Source: Gammaproteobacteria bacterium
GTDB taxonomy: Bacteria > Pseudomonadota > Gammaproteobacteria > Arenicellales > Poriferihabitantaceae
Direction: 5' to 3'
DNA: 64,000 bases
Assembly (NCBI GenBank): GCA_024644945.1
Contig: JAHEGU010000010.1
Span: 4,761 to 68,760 of the forward strand
Shown: piece by piece, positions 9,246 to 18,832 of the stretch
Position numbering within the stretch: position 1 is the first letter of the stretch
Layout of the letters: each line of letters opens with the position of its first letter
Notes under the pieces: generated by a model
Told to the model about the DNA's origin: nothing
Database searches by the model: none
Seen by the model: only the letters and a program-made list of their open reading frames with translations
Made by a program: the position numbers and the translations under genes

Positions 9246-10994
9246 TCATCTTCCGACTGTATTCGTAACCGGCTCCATATATTCAATGATGAGTTGCAAT
9301 GTTTTAGCACCACGAAATTCGTTGAGATCAAGCTGAAATGCAGCATGAATGCGCTCAAGTTTTGGCATCTCCTCGCCAGGCTGTAATTGTCGAAACGCAA
9401 TACCCTCTAACACCCGGTCCGGGGTCGCAAGTCGGAGTTTAAGATGTTGCTCTCCCACAACTTTCTGGCTAATCACCCGGAACTCATTGTCGAATACAGG
9501 TGCACTGAATTGCTGTCCCCACGGTGCAGCATTTCTCAACAATTCCGCAATCTCACGAGTAAAAAACTCTGGTTCTAGAGGGCCATCCGAGTATACGAAA
9601 TTTCCCGCCGGCTGCCCCAGAAAATGATCCGAAACTGCGGCATGAAACAATCTGGAAAAAGGTTCCAAATTGCCTGGATCCAAAGTAAGTCCCGCCGCCA
9701 TGGCATGACCCCCGAATTTCTCGACCAGGCCAGGTTGACCGGTGGCAATTGCCTCGATCAGATCACGAATGTGTAAACCGGGCACCGATCTTGCCGAGCC
9801 GGTCAGTTTGCCTTCTGAATTATTCGCAAACACGATTGCTGGTTGATGGTATCTCTCCCTCACACGTGAGGCGACCAGGCCAGTAATTCCCTGATGCCAG
9901 TCTGTATGATGCAGACATATCCCAGCGGTTTCCTTTGACGCTTCGAGTTTATCGACGACTTCTACTGCCTGGTGCTGCATTTTTTGTTCAATCCGTCGCC
10001 GTTCAACATTGATTTCATGCAATATCTCGGCATATTCTTTAGCATCATTTTCAGTGTCCGCAAGTAGACATTCGATCCCCATGGAAATATCGTCAAGTCT
10101 ACCGGCGGCATTCAATCTAGGCGCCACCACAAATCCAAGATCTGAGCTTGAGACATTGCGATAATCCTTGCCGGCTACCGCCAACAATGCCTTGATCCCT
10201 GGCCTGCATGCACCTTTGTGAATTCGGGCGATTCCCTGAGCCACAAGAATCCGATTGTTATGATCAAGGGGCACCACATCAGCAACTGTTCCTAGCGCAA
10301 CCAAGTCTAATAAATGTGCCAGGTTGGGAGCTTTACCCTGGTTTCTTTCAAACCACCCCTTTGCGCGTAAAAGGCTTCGCAATGCCAGTAACAAATAGAA
10401 CATGACGCCAACACCCGCCAGCATTTTGCTGGGAAACTCGCATCCTGGTTGATTTGGATTAACTATAGCGCTTGCTGCTGGAAGCTCAACTCCGGCGAGA
10501 TGATGGTCAGTTACGATCACTTCAACCCCAGCTTCACGCAAACATTGGACACCTGCAAGGCTTGATATACCGTTATCTACAGTTATCACCAGATCCGGTT
10601 CCTTTGTTAACGCAACTTTAGCGATCTCAACTGAAAGCCCATAGCCGTAATCAAAACGATTCGGCACCAGGTACTCTACGCTTGTAGCACCTAAGGATTT
10701 GAGTCCCAGAATAGCAACCGCGGAGGCAGTTGCACCATCCGTGTCGTAGTCACCAACGATGAGCACCCGCCAGCCCTGCTCGACGGCGCAGCACAACAGA
10801 GCGGCGGCCTTATCGATATCTTTAAGGTTATGTGGCGGGTAAAGTCCTGCTAATGAGTGGTCAAGATCCTCTAGCCCGTTTATATCCCGTTGCAGAAATA
10901 TTCGACGCAACAGAGGATGTAAAGCGCGATCTGATTTCGGTAAGCGACCCACGGCCTCCCGCCGCACAATTGACTTCGAAACTGCATACGGCAC
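9246..10994 (-). CDS. recJ: Single-stranded-DNA-specific exonuclease RecJ
   Basis: DHH-family motifs are present: VGDYDTDGATA, VITVDNG, VIVTDHHL. DHHA1 GGHAMAAG. 582 aa. Confidence 0.95.
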   Translation of the reverse strand: MPYAVSKSIVRREAVGRLPKSDRALHPLLRRIFLQRDINGLEDLDHSLAGLYPPHNLKDIDKAAALLCCAVEQGWRVLIVGDYDTDGATASAVAILGLKSLGATSVEYLVPNRFDYGYGLSVEIAKVALTKEPDLVITVDNGISSLAGVQCLREAGVEVIVTDHHLAGVELPAASAIVNPNQPGCEFPSKMLAGVGVMFYLLLALRSLLRAKGWFERNQGKAPNLAHLLDLVALGTVADVVPLDHNNRILVAQGIARIHKGACRPGIKALLAVAGKDYRNVSSSDLGFVVAPRLNAAGRLDDISMGIECLLADTENDAKEYAEILHEINVERRRIEQKMQHQAVEVVDKLEASKETAGICLHHTDWHQGITGLVASRVRERYHQPAIVFANNSEGKLTGSARSVPGLHIRDLIEAIATGQPGLVEKFGGHAMAAGLTLDPGNLEPFSRLFHAAVSDHFLGQPAGNFVYSDGPLEPEFFTREIAELLRNAAPWGQQFSAPVFDNEFRVISQKVVGEQHLKLRLATPDRVLEGIAFRQLQPGEEMPKLERIHAAFQLDLNEFRGAKTLQLIIEYMEPVTNTVGR

Positions 10995-11020
10995 TGTGAT
11001 TTATCCAGCTATACTGGCAC

Positions 11021-11488
11021 TTATCCTCGATTTACCTTTATGCGCGCAGACACCAGCCCTGGAGTCGCTCGGGTTATCGTCGCCGATAAAACCGCGATTC
11101 TGTTGTTTGCTAACTGATCGACCCAACTAAAAAGCTTGTCCGCTGTGGCTTCCTGAAACCAAATTTCGACGCTTCCATCATTACCTGGTTGAACGCGCTG
11201 AATAGCATCCTTAACATTAGTCCGAATCGCAACCTGTTCAATCACCGTTAAAAGTGGTTGACTTGTAGACGAAGATTTTTGCGTTGCGGATAATTTGTTA
11301 AAGCTGGAGAGCTGGTGATTCATCCAGGCCAGTGTTGCATTATTTTCCGGCACTTTACGGCGCAGACGATCAATATCCTCCGCCACTGGCTGCCACAGAT
11401 ACAAGTAAAACATGATTACCAGTAAAACCGGCACCCCAAAACTCACCAACATCCTTTCTCTTTGATTAAGATTCCGCCACCAGATCAC
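11021..11488 (-). CDS. gspM: Type II secretion system protein M
   Basis: 155 aa, one N-terminal TM segment (MLVSFGVPVLLVIMFYLYLW), and the last gene of the gsp run directly after gspL. The assignment rests on size, topology and position. Confidence 0.75.
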   Translation of the reverse strand: MIWWRNLNQRERMLVSFGVPVLLVIMFYLYLWQPVAEDIDRLRRKVPENNATLAWMNHQLSSFNKLSATQKSSSTSQPLLTVIEQVAIRTNVKDAIQRVQPGNDGSVEIWFQEATADKLFSWVDQLANNRIAVLSATITRATPGLVSARIKVNRG

Positions 11489-11490
11489 GA

Positions 11491-12735
11491 TCAGCTCCTC
11501 TCTAACCGGAAACGACCGGTAACTTTATTATCGCGCGCGCCGGACGACAGTAGTTCAGCGCTCATACCCGGCAGCTGTTGTAACGTCTGCCGTATACTAT
11601 CAAGTACAGACAGACTGCTTACGTTGCAAAGCACGGTCATGGAATTATCGCGAAAGTTAACTTCCTCGATCTCCGCTTTGTGCTGTCGAGTTGCGTTTGT
11701 GATGGAGGTGAGCAAACGCTGGAATTCATTCAGACCGCCTTTGCCAGTATGCGAAGCCAGCAGACTTTGTAACTGAAATCTTGGCCTGCCCAAATACGGC
11801 TCATTGGGAAAATGGCGCTCGAACAGCTGAACCATCTGACTGTTAATACTGGAGTCCTGGGCTCGCAGGGTGCGCACCTCCTTCACCATGGCAGTATAGT
11901 AAATCGCAATTGCTAAAAGCCCGCATAATGCGGCAATCTTGAGTGGACGATAGTTCCGAGATCGATGCTCTGGGGCAAACTCTCCATGCAACAACGATAT
12001 ATTGTCCGAAGCTGCGGAATCTTTTGATAATGGCAGCCAGTCTTTGAGCCGGTTACCGATATCCCAGTGGCTAACTTGGCTACCTTGCTGTTTCGACATG
12101 AGCTTTGCAAGCTCGACATCAGTAACTGAAACTGGTCTATCCGGTAAGTCTTCTGTATCGAGCCAATAATCAAAAAACTCCCTATCCATCGCGAACCCGG
12201 TCAGAAGCCCGGTGCGAACATATATCGCGCCATCCTCTTGCACAGCGACGGTGCTGGAATGCTCACTATGTAACGGAACCAGAAGGTAGGCCGGCACAAT
12301 TCTATCCAGGAAAATTGACGCCGCACGACAATCTTCCAACCATTGTCGTATCTGTATTTTTGAAACGATGGCCACGTCAGCCGGTTGACCTGCACGCCAG
12401 TTCAGAACAGTAAAATGCAGTTCCTCTACGTCCTCACTCAGACTTTCCTCAAGAGCATAAGGAAGTGCAGCCTCGACGTTAGTCCGTCTCTTGCCGGGCA
12501 CTGTTACCGAGCGCGTTGTCACTGACTGCCCAGATGCCACACCCACCACTTCGGTTACCCCATCAGGAATTTCCAGCTGATCGAGAGCGATTATCTCGCC
12601 ATCGCTCTCGACTTCTCCTTTGACGTTAATCAACACCCAGTGATAAGGTGGATCAAGAGTTAGATATAATTTCAATGGTCTTTTATCCGGATTCGGAATT
12701 TTCAGTCTCAGTTGCGCCGAATGCAGGGCAGCCAA
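11491..12735 (-). CDS. gspL: Type II secretion system protein L
   Basis: About 400 aa with a cytoplasmic N-domain, a single TM segment (LKIAALCGLLAIAIYYTAMV) and a periplasmic C-domain, lying between gspK and gspM. The track start (TTG 12735) overlaps gspK by 53 nt. An in-frame TTG at 12675 (MKLYLTLD...), 7 nt after the gspK stop, is the more likely start. Confidence 0.8.
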   Translation of the reverse strand: MAALHSAQLRLKIPNPDKRPLKLYLTLDPPYHWVLINVKGEVESDGEIIALDQLEIPDGVTEVVGVASGQSVTTRSVTVPGKRRTNVEAALPYALEESLSEDVEELHFTVLNWRAGQPADVAIVSKIQIRQWLEDCRAASIFLDRIVPAYLLVPLHSEHSSTVAVQEDGAIYVRTGLLTGFAMDREFFDYWLDTEDLPDRPVSVTDVELAKLMSKQQGSQVSHWDIGNRLKDWLPLSKDSAASDNISLLHGEFAPEHRSRNYRPLKIAALCGLLAIAIYYTAMVKEVRTLRAQDSSINSQMVQLFERHFPNEPYLGRPRFQLQSLLASHTGKGGLNEFQRLLTSITNATRQHKAEIEEVNFRDNSMTVLCNVSSLSVLDSIRQTLQQLPGMSAELLSSGARDNKVTGRFRLERS

Positions 12736-13864
12736 AAAATCGTTCCCGCTGCAACACCTTTACATTGTTTTCCGGTGTCAGCTTCTGCATCAGGCTAATC
12801 ATACTGAATTTTACCCTTCCGGACTCGGCACAGCTATGCCCCGCATAAAAGGAGCTATTCACACTCAGCATATTCTCGTATCCCGGCACCAGATCTCCCG
12901 GAATCAGCGCCAAAAATTGCTCTCGAAACTCGTCCAGACTTTGAAACGGCACTGAATTCCTTCGCAAAATCAAGGGTTCTAGCATGGTTGGGTCTGCCGG
13001 CTGATCCGCACTGAATAACGCAAGCACTTGAGCGGATGCGGTATTAACATTGACTGGAACCAGTGATTCATTATTTGCTACTGGCAGTGCACTGACCCAA
13101 GGCAAGAGCGCTGCAATAGTCTGGCGATTGAAATCTCTGATATTTACAATTTCAGATACCGACGCAACCCCTCGATTAGCGCTCCGATATGGTGTTTCAA
13201 GACCTGTGTAGAAGAAATCCTCAGCGCCGGTGGTGCCAATAGGGTTTTCATCATTGTCTACCCAGTCAATCATCGGATCGACCAATTCGGGATTGAGTTC
13301 AAGGGATACCAGAAGGTTTTGAAAAATCTGATACCAGTACGCTGGTTCCTCCTCTTCTTCATCCGGATCGTTTTCAGTATTGTTTTCTTCTCCGTCCCCA
13401 CTGTTATTTGATTGATCGGGCGACGGTTGTTCCTGATTCCGTTGATTCCGGTCTCGCTGCTTGCCTTCTACCAAATTGTTTATATTTAACCGGCCCTGAA
13501 GATCGTCAATCGTCATTAACAGCAAAGTACCGGTATCACCAACCTCCACCGGCGGACCCAGGTTACCCCAAATTTCACCGCGATGGTCGATGATCGAGCT
13601 TGCTTCATTGGAGTTTAACTGATCATCTGACATATCCTTTTCCAGCACCTTCACTACCCATTGCTCGCCACTCAGATTAACCTGGTATCCCTGTTCCGCC
13701 AGACCAATATTCTCAACCCGGCGAATAGCGAGACTCTGATCTTCTGCAGTATAGATCGCGAGCGTCGCCAGAACGGCAAGAATCAATAGAATCGAAATAA
13801 GAGCCACACCGCGCTGATGCGATTTAAATCTCAGCTCCACGCAGGTATTTTGATCACGCACCAT
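12683..13864 (-). CDS. gspK: Type II secretion minor pseudopilin GspK (with acidic low-complexity insert)
   Basis: N-terminal QRGVALISILLILAVLATLA hydrophobic segment typical of GspK. The position follows gspJ. The track ORF begins at 13903. ATG 13864 (MVRDQNT...) reduces the overlap with gspJ to about 10 nt. Confidence 0.85.
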   Translation of the reverse strand: MVRDQNTCVELRFKSHQRGVALISILLILAVLATLAIYTAEDQSLAIRRVENIGLAEQGYQVNLSGEQWVVKVLEKDMSDDQLNSNEASSIIDHRGEIWGNLGPPVEVGDTGTLLLMTIDDLQGRLNINNLVEGKQRDRNQRNQEQPSPDQSNNSGDGEENNTENDPDEEEEEPAYWYQIFQNLLVSLELNPELVDPMIDWVDNDENPIGTTGAEDFFYTGLETPYRSANRGVASVSEIVNIRDFNRQTIAALLPWVSALPVANNESLVPVNVNTASAQVLALFSADQPADPTMLEPLILRRNSVPFQSLDEFREQFLALIPGDLVPGYENMLSVNSSFYAGHSCAESGRVKFSMISLMQKLTPENNVKVLQRERFFGCPAFGATETENSESG

Positions 13865-14483
13865 TGGCGAGATCAAACAGTCTGCGGTAGCTCTTTTCAT
13901 CATCCATATTGATCAGCAGCTCGGTAGCATAAGGTAAAGCATCAGGATCCAGCTCGAACAGCTGTTGCACACCGAGCTCGTCACTCCACTGATAGTGCAA
14001 CATATCTATCTGGGCCACACCTTGCAATACCAGCCTGCTTTCAGGTTCGCTATCCTGAACCCGGTCCAGCACCTGCCAACTGTCTCGATACAATGCGCCA
14101 TCCACGAGTCGCCAGGCTACCCGACGCAGTCTCGTGCTGCCTGGCACCTCGATGTCTGGTTCAGAAATCGTGATGCGAAAAAGTTCTCCATTTATTGAAC
14201 CTGCTTCACCGATGTAAGCGGCCTCAATATCCCCATACTCCCCCCTCACAGGTCGATTGACCATATATCGCAGATCTCGTTCAAGCAGGGTAAATGTTCT
14301 TTGCAGATGCTGCAATTCCCGTTGGTTGACCTCAAGACCTTCCCTTACTTTCAAATACTGACTTAAGGTGGCATAACAAATCGTCGCAATTACAGCGAAC
14401 ACACCGACCGCAACCATGACCTCGATAAAGGTGAAACCCAATTGAGACTTAAACCGGTTCGTTTTCTTATCGGGAGTAATCAT
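13854..14483 (-). CDS. gspJ: Type II secretion minor pseudopilin GspJ
   Basis: Prepilin-type N-terminus KSQLGFTFIEVMVAVGVFAVIA. 209 aa. 4-nt ATGA overlap with gspI. Confidence 0.9.
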   Translation of the reverse strand: MITPDKKTNRFKSQLGFTFIEVMVAVGVFAVIATICYATLSQYLKVREGLEVNQRELQHLQRTFTLLERDLRYMVNRPVRGEYGDIEAAYIGEAGSINGELFRITISEPDIEVPGSTRLRRVAWRLVDGALYRDSWQVLDRVQDSEPESRLVLQGVAQIDMLHYQWSDELGVQQLFELDPDALPYATELLINMDDEKSYRRLFDLANGA

Positions 14484-14878
14484 TGTGTGGTTTGATCGGC
14501 CGGTTTATATCGCGCAACATACCCAGTTAATCTTGCGACATTACGATCGTCAAGCTCTGCAAATACCGTGATATTGACTTTAGATATATTTGGATCAGCA
14601 GTGCTCGAAAACTCTTCCTCTATCCGCCATTTGACTCCACCCATCTCGGCTTGGCCTGACTGTCCTCCTGCGTTGCTGAATTGCCTGTACATACGCAGCT
14701 CGGCCATGCGGTTGCTAGCAACCCAGGTACCGAGTGTGCGCTGTTTCAATTGATCAGCAACTCCTACGTTGCTGATCATTGATTTAGAAATAGCACCCAA
14801 TCCTATGGCCGCCACTGCCAAAGCCACCATCACTTCTAACAATGTAAATCCGCAAGCTCGATTATCAGATTTTTTCAT
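14480..14878 (-). CDS. gspI: Type II secretion minor pseudopilin GspI
   Basis: Prepilin-type N-terminus NRACGFTLLEVMVALAVAAIG. 132 aa. Confidence 0.9.
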   Translation of the reverse strand: MKKSDNRACGFTLLEVMVALAVAAIGLGAISKSMISNVGVADQLKQRTLGTWVASNRMAELRMYRQFSNAGGQSGQAEMGGVKWRIEEEFSSTADPNISKVNITVFAELDDRNVARLTGYVARYKPADQTTQ

Positions 14879-15491
14879 CTGACATCACTGGATTCATCTC
14901 GTTATCGAGTGAAATGACGAAACGGTATTGGTCTCCTTTAAAACTAGCGATAAATGGTCTAATCATTCCATTGGGTTCCACCAGGATCAAACTTTTTGGC
15001 ACGGCATTAGGCTCCTTTTTAGCCTCGGCTTCTTGAGGCTGTTGAACAGACCGATCCTGCTCAGATTCCTTTTTTTCCTGCAAAAGTCTCAGTTCCAAAA
15101 TGATGGGGTCCGGCACGATACGCTCCCGCAACACCTCTACTTTGTCAATCTGCGTCCATTTATCTCTAAGTTCCCAAAAACGATAGCGACCGTCGGTCTT
15201 GCTGACCTCTATTCCCATCGGTAGACCGGTAAACGTAGCTTCATCCCTAAGATGGTCGACGAGCGCAACGAATCTTCGAGCCTCCAGCTTGGCAATATCA
15301 TCAGCGTTCCTGTCTATCTTAATTGCAACGAGACCAATCATCAGGCCGACCAGAAAAACGGTCAATAACATTTCCAGCAGTGTAAAACCGGCGCTGCGAT
15401 GTCGTATTAAAGGCGCGAAAGAATAGCCAGCCCCAGACAGGAAAGTCGGATGATTTGAGATTCCGTTTATTTGATTTCGTCCATATTCCAA
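14865..15491 (-). CDS. gspH: Type II secretion minor pseudopilin GspH
   Basis: Prepilin motif RSAGFTLLEMLLTVFLVGLMIG. The track start (TTG 15491) gives an implausibly long 35-aa leader and overlaps the gspG 3' end by 25 nt. The true start is probably an internal non-ATG codon that I cannot fix. Confidence 0.8.
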   Translation of the reverse strand: MEYGRNQINGISNHPTFLSGAGYSFAPLIRHRSAGFTLLEMLLTVFLVGLMIGLVAIKIDRNADDIAKLEARRFVALVDHLRDEATFTGLPMGIEVSKTDGRYRFWELRDKWTQIDKVEVLRERIVPDPIILELRLLQEKKESEQDRSVQQPQEAEAKKEPNAVPKSLILVEPNGMIRPFIASFKGDQYRFVISLDNEMNPVMSDEKI

Positions 15492-15919
15492 TTGCCTATA
15501 TCCATATTGATATCATCTCCACCCGCCTGACCATCCGCACCAAGACTCCAGATATCGAATTCCAGATGTTGTCCCGGATACTGATACAGATAATCGTTGC
15601 CCCATGGATCCTTTGGTAACGAATCCCCTTCCAGATAGCCGCGACCATCCCGAGAATCGGATAAAAGCGCTCCCAGCCCATCGGAACTGGTTGGAAACTT
15701 TGCATGGTCAAGTTTATAAAACTTCAGCGCGGTGGAAAGCTGGTTAATATCCGCTTTGGCCGCGACCTGCTGAGACTGATCCAACCTACCAAGCACTCTC
15801 GGCAGAATCATCGTTGCAAGCATTCCAATGATCACTACGACCACCATAATCTCTATCAGAGTGAAGCCGCTTTGCTTACCAGTAATTGACACGCAGTGCC
15901 TTTGTTCTTTAATTCTCAC
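15467..15919 (-). CDS. gspG: Type II secretion major pseudopilin GspG
   Basis: GKQSGFTLIEIMVVVVIIGMLA prepilin N-terminus, plus conserved GspG blocks LDQSQQVAAKADI, YKLDHAKFPT and DPWGNDYLY. 150 aa. Confidence 0.95.
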   Translation of the reverse strand: MRIKEQRHCVSITGKQSGFTLIEIMVVVVIIGMLATMILPRVLGRLDQSQQVAAKADINQLSTALKFYKLDHAKFPTSSDGLGALLSDSRDGRGYLEGDSLPKDPWGNDYLYQYPGQHLEFDIWSLGADGQAGGDDINMDIGNWNMDEIK

Positions 15920-16022
15920 TTGTTTTAATCCCTATAGTATGTTTCGTCGCCCGGAATGATATTGCAATAAAGTATCTGCATAGGTTTGGGCAAATTTGCT
16001 CGACCCATTAACCTGTTTAAAT

Positions 16023-17237
16023 TCAACTTATCAGCTGATTTAGGTCAAAAATTGGAAGCAAAATAGCTAGCACGATAATTAGCACAACAATCCCCATAAA
16101 TAGAATCATAATCGGCTCAAATAAACTGACCACGACTGATATCCGCGATTCCGCTTCACGTTCAAGCGCAGAGGCCGATTTCTCAAGCATTTCACCAAGG
16201 CGCCCGCTTGACTCACCGCTGGCTACCATTTGGGTAAATAAAGGTGGAAAGGAATTGCGCCGCTGCAAGGCCCTGTTAATACTGGCTCCTTGTTCTACCT
16301 CTATAGTGGCTTGTTGCAGTTGCTTCTTCAGCACACGATTGAGCACCACCTCAGCACTGCTGCGTAATGCCGAAATCAGGGGCACGCCACTTCCAATCAA
16401 AATCGATAGCGTCCTGGCCATACGAGACGTGTTCAGGCTTCGCGACAAGCGACTAATTCCAGGCATAGTGAGAATCAGTTTGTGAAACGCATATCGTGGA
16501 CCATCAAACCTTAAAACAATAGTAAGTGCCACCAGAATCCCCAGTAACAGTGCCAGCATCACCAGGCCATTGGCCTGCAGAAATTCACTAATACTTATCA
16601 ACACGCGCGTAAGGGCAGGTAATGACTGATTATTATCCTCGAACACTTTAACCACCTGGGGCACCACATAGGTCATAAGACCTATTATTATGGTTATCGA
16701 AACTAGAGTCAGCAGGATTGGGTACACCAGTGCAATACCCAGTCGTTGCTGCAGTCCCTGTTTCGCTTCTGTGTATTCGGCCAATCGCTCGAGCACCTCT
16801 TCAAGATGCCCGGTCTGTTCACCAGCGGATACCGATGCAACATACAGTTCTGGAAATGCCCTGGGAAACATACGAAGCCCGTCTGCAAGAGACCGCCCTT
16901 CCACAACCTGGGCTCTGACACCGCTTAATACTGTTTTTACCTTGTGACCCTCTGCCTGTTCAATCAGCCCGGTCAGCGAATCCTCAATAGTCAAACCCGA
17001 ATCCAGTAACGTGGCAAACTGCCGCGTGATCACGGCGAGCTCCATATTGTTGAGTTTCTTCCTGCCACCACCGGTAACCCCCCGCTCCCTGGGTTGGTCT
17101 TCCACCATTTCCACTGAAAGTGGCGCAAACCCCTGCTCGCGTAATTGTTGACGAACCTGGCGGGCACTATCCCCAGAGGCAACACCTCGTTTTTTACGTC
17201 CCTTCGAATCGAGGGCCTGGTACTCAAAGGCTCGCAT
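16023..17237 (-). CDS. gspF: Type II secretion inner-membrane platform protein GspF
   Basis: 404 aa with the duplicated GspF/PilC domain architecture. Three TM segments are visible, and the motifs FTRQFATLLDSGLTIEDSL and MARTLSILIGSGVPLISAL. Confidence 0.93.
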   Translation of the reverse strand: MRAFEYQALDSKGRKKRGVASGDSARQVRQQLREQGFAPLSVEMVEDQPRERGVTGGGRKKLNNMELAVITRQFATLLDSGLTIEDSLTGLIEQAEGHKVKTVLSGVRAQVVEGRSLADGLRMFPRAFPELYVASVSAGEQTGHLEEVLERLAEYTEAKQGLQQRLGIALVYPILLTLVSITIIIGLMTYVVPQVVKVFEDNNQSLPALTRVLISISEFLQANGLVMLALLLGILVALTIVLRFDGPRYAFHKLILTMPGISRLSRSLNTSRMARTLSILIGSGVPLISALRSSAEVVLNRVLKKQLQQATIEVEQGASINRALQRRNSFPPLFTQMVASGESSGRLGEMLEKSASALEREAESRISVVVSLFEPIMILFMGIVVLIIVLAILLPIFDLNQLIS

Positions 17238-17258
17238 TTAAAGTATGTGTGGATTGAC

Positions 17259-18827
17259 TTACTGGACCTGGGTGACCCTTACCACCTCATCGAGGCTGGT
17301 GGTCCCCGCCAATACTCGAAGTACACCGTTTGCCATCAAGCTGGGCGAAGCGAGACGCGCGTGTTTCAGCATCTGCTCCTCACTGGCTCGTTCATGAATA
17401 AGGGTTCGCAACGGGTCGTCAACCACGATTAATTCGTAAATGCCTATGCGGCCACGAAAACCTGTGTAGTCACAGCGTTCACACCCACTGGAATGGTAAA
17501 TAGGGCCACCTGTATATTGATTGCCCATCAGCTCACGCTCTGCCTCATTAGGCTGTACCTGCTGACGGCATTTTGTACAGAGCTTTCTTACCAGGCGTTG
17601 AGATATTATGCCAATCAAACTTGAAGCAATCAGAAAATCTTCGACTCCCATATCGATCAAACGAGTCACCGCGCCTATCGCTGTATTGGTATGCAGAGTA
17701 GACATCACCAGATGTCCGGTTAGGCTCGCCTGCACCGCAATTTCAGCGGTTTCCAGGTCGCGGATTTCCCCAACCAATACAATGTCTGGATCTTGACGCA
17801 ATATGGATCGCAGTCCACTGGCAAATGTGAGGCCTATTCTTGAGTGAACCTGGATTTGTCCAACGCCATCAAGATCATACTCAATCGGGTCCTCGATGGT
17901 CAGGATATTGTTTTTTTTTCGATCGAGATTTGACAGTCCAGCATACAACGAAGTAGTTTTTCCTGAGCCGGTAGGCCCGGTTACTAACAGGATGCCATGG
18001 GGGGACGAAATCAATCGCTTGAATTTTTCGAGGGTTGGCTCGTCCATACCCAGGCTTTCGAGCTCCATTCTGCTGGCTTTTTTATCCAGCAAACGAAGTA
18101 CCACTCGTTCTCCATATTGAGTGGGCAGAGAAGAAACCCGAACGTCCACCGGGCGGTCTCCTACCATCAATGAAATACGCCCGTCCTGTGGCAAACGTTT
18201 CTCAGCGATATCCAGTTTAGCCATAACCTTGAGACGCGAAATCAGCGCACTGTGAATAACACGCTGCGGCTCTAGAATATCTCGTAAAATGCCATCAATA
18301 CGAAACCTAACCAATGAGCGTTTTTCAAATACTTCCAGATGTATATCAGAAGCATTTTCTCTTATCGCCTGGGTCAATAGCGCATTGATCAATTTAACCA
18401 CTGGCGCGTCATTAGAAGCTTCCAGCAGGTCAGTGGTTTCTGGCAATTCGCTGGCAAATAACTCCAAGTCGATATTGTCATCCAGGTCACTGACCATCTC
18501 CGTAGCTTCGGATTGTCCCTTATCGAAAGCCTGTCTCAGCAGATGTTCAAATCCAGATTGAGGCATTTCATTGAACTGAATCCGCGCTCCCAGTCGCCTG
18601 CGTAATTCACTGAATAACTCAATACCTGGTTTTTTAATACAGACTACCTGAACTCCAAGTTCATCTTGTTCAATTGCCACAACGCCATGACGTTTGCAAA
18701 ATGCATAAGTCAGCTTGGAGACCATATCCGAATCAATTCGATCTATCCAACTTAGAGGGTTGTGTAATTCGCTCAGCTGCGAGAAACCGGATTCTCTGAA
18801 AATATCGTTATTTTGCCGTGCTTCCAT
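17259..18827 (-). CDS. gspE: Type II secretion ATPase GspE
   Basis: Walker A is GPTGSGKTTSLYA. Asp box ILTIEDPIEY, Walker B ILVGEIRD and His box GHLVMSTLHTN are present. Tetracysteine CTKC...CERC. The N-terminus is of the GspE N1E type. Confidence 0.95.
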   Translation of the reverse strand: MEARQNNDIFRESGFSQLSELHNPLSWIDRIDSDMVSKLTYAFCKRHGVVAIEQDELGVQVVCIKKPGIELFSELRRRLGARIQFNEMPQSGFEHLLRQAFDKGQSEATEMVSDLDDNIDLELFASELPETTDLLEASNDAPVVKLINALLTQAIRENASDIHLEVFEKRSLVRFRIDGILRDILEPQRVIHSALISRLKVMAKLDIAEKRLPQDGRISLMVGDRPVDVRVSSLPTQYGERVVLRLLDKKASRMELESLGMDEPTLEKFKRLISSPHGILLVTGPTGSGKTTSLYAGLSNLDRKKNNILTIEDPIEYDLDGVGQIQVHSRIGLTFASGLRSILRQDPDIVLVGEIRDLETAEIAVQASLTGHLVMSTLHTNTAIGAVTRLIDMGVEDFLIASSLIGIISQRLVRKLCTKCRQQVQPNEAERELMGNQYTGGPIYHSSGCERCDYTGFRGRIGIYELIVVDDPLRTLIHERASEEQMLKHARLASPSLMANGVLRVLAGTTSLDEVVRVTQVQ

Positions 18828-18832
18828 ATCGC

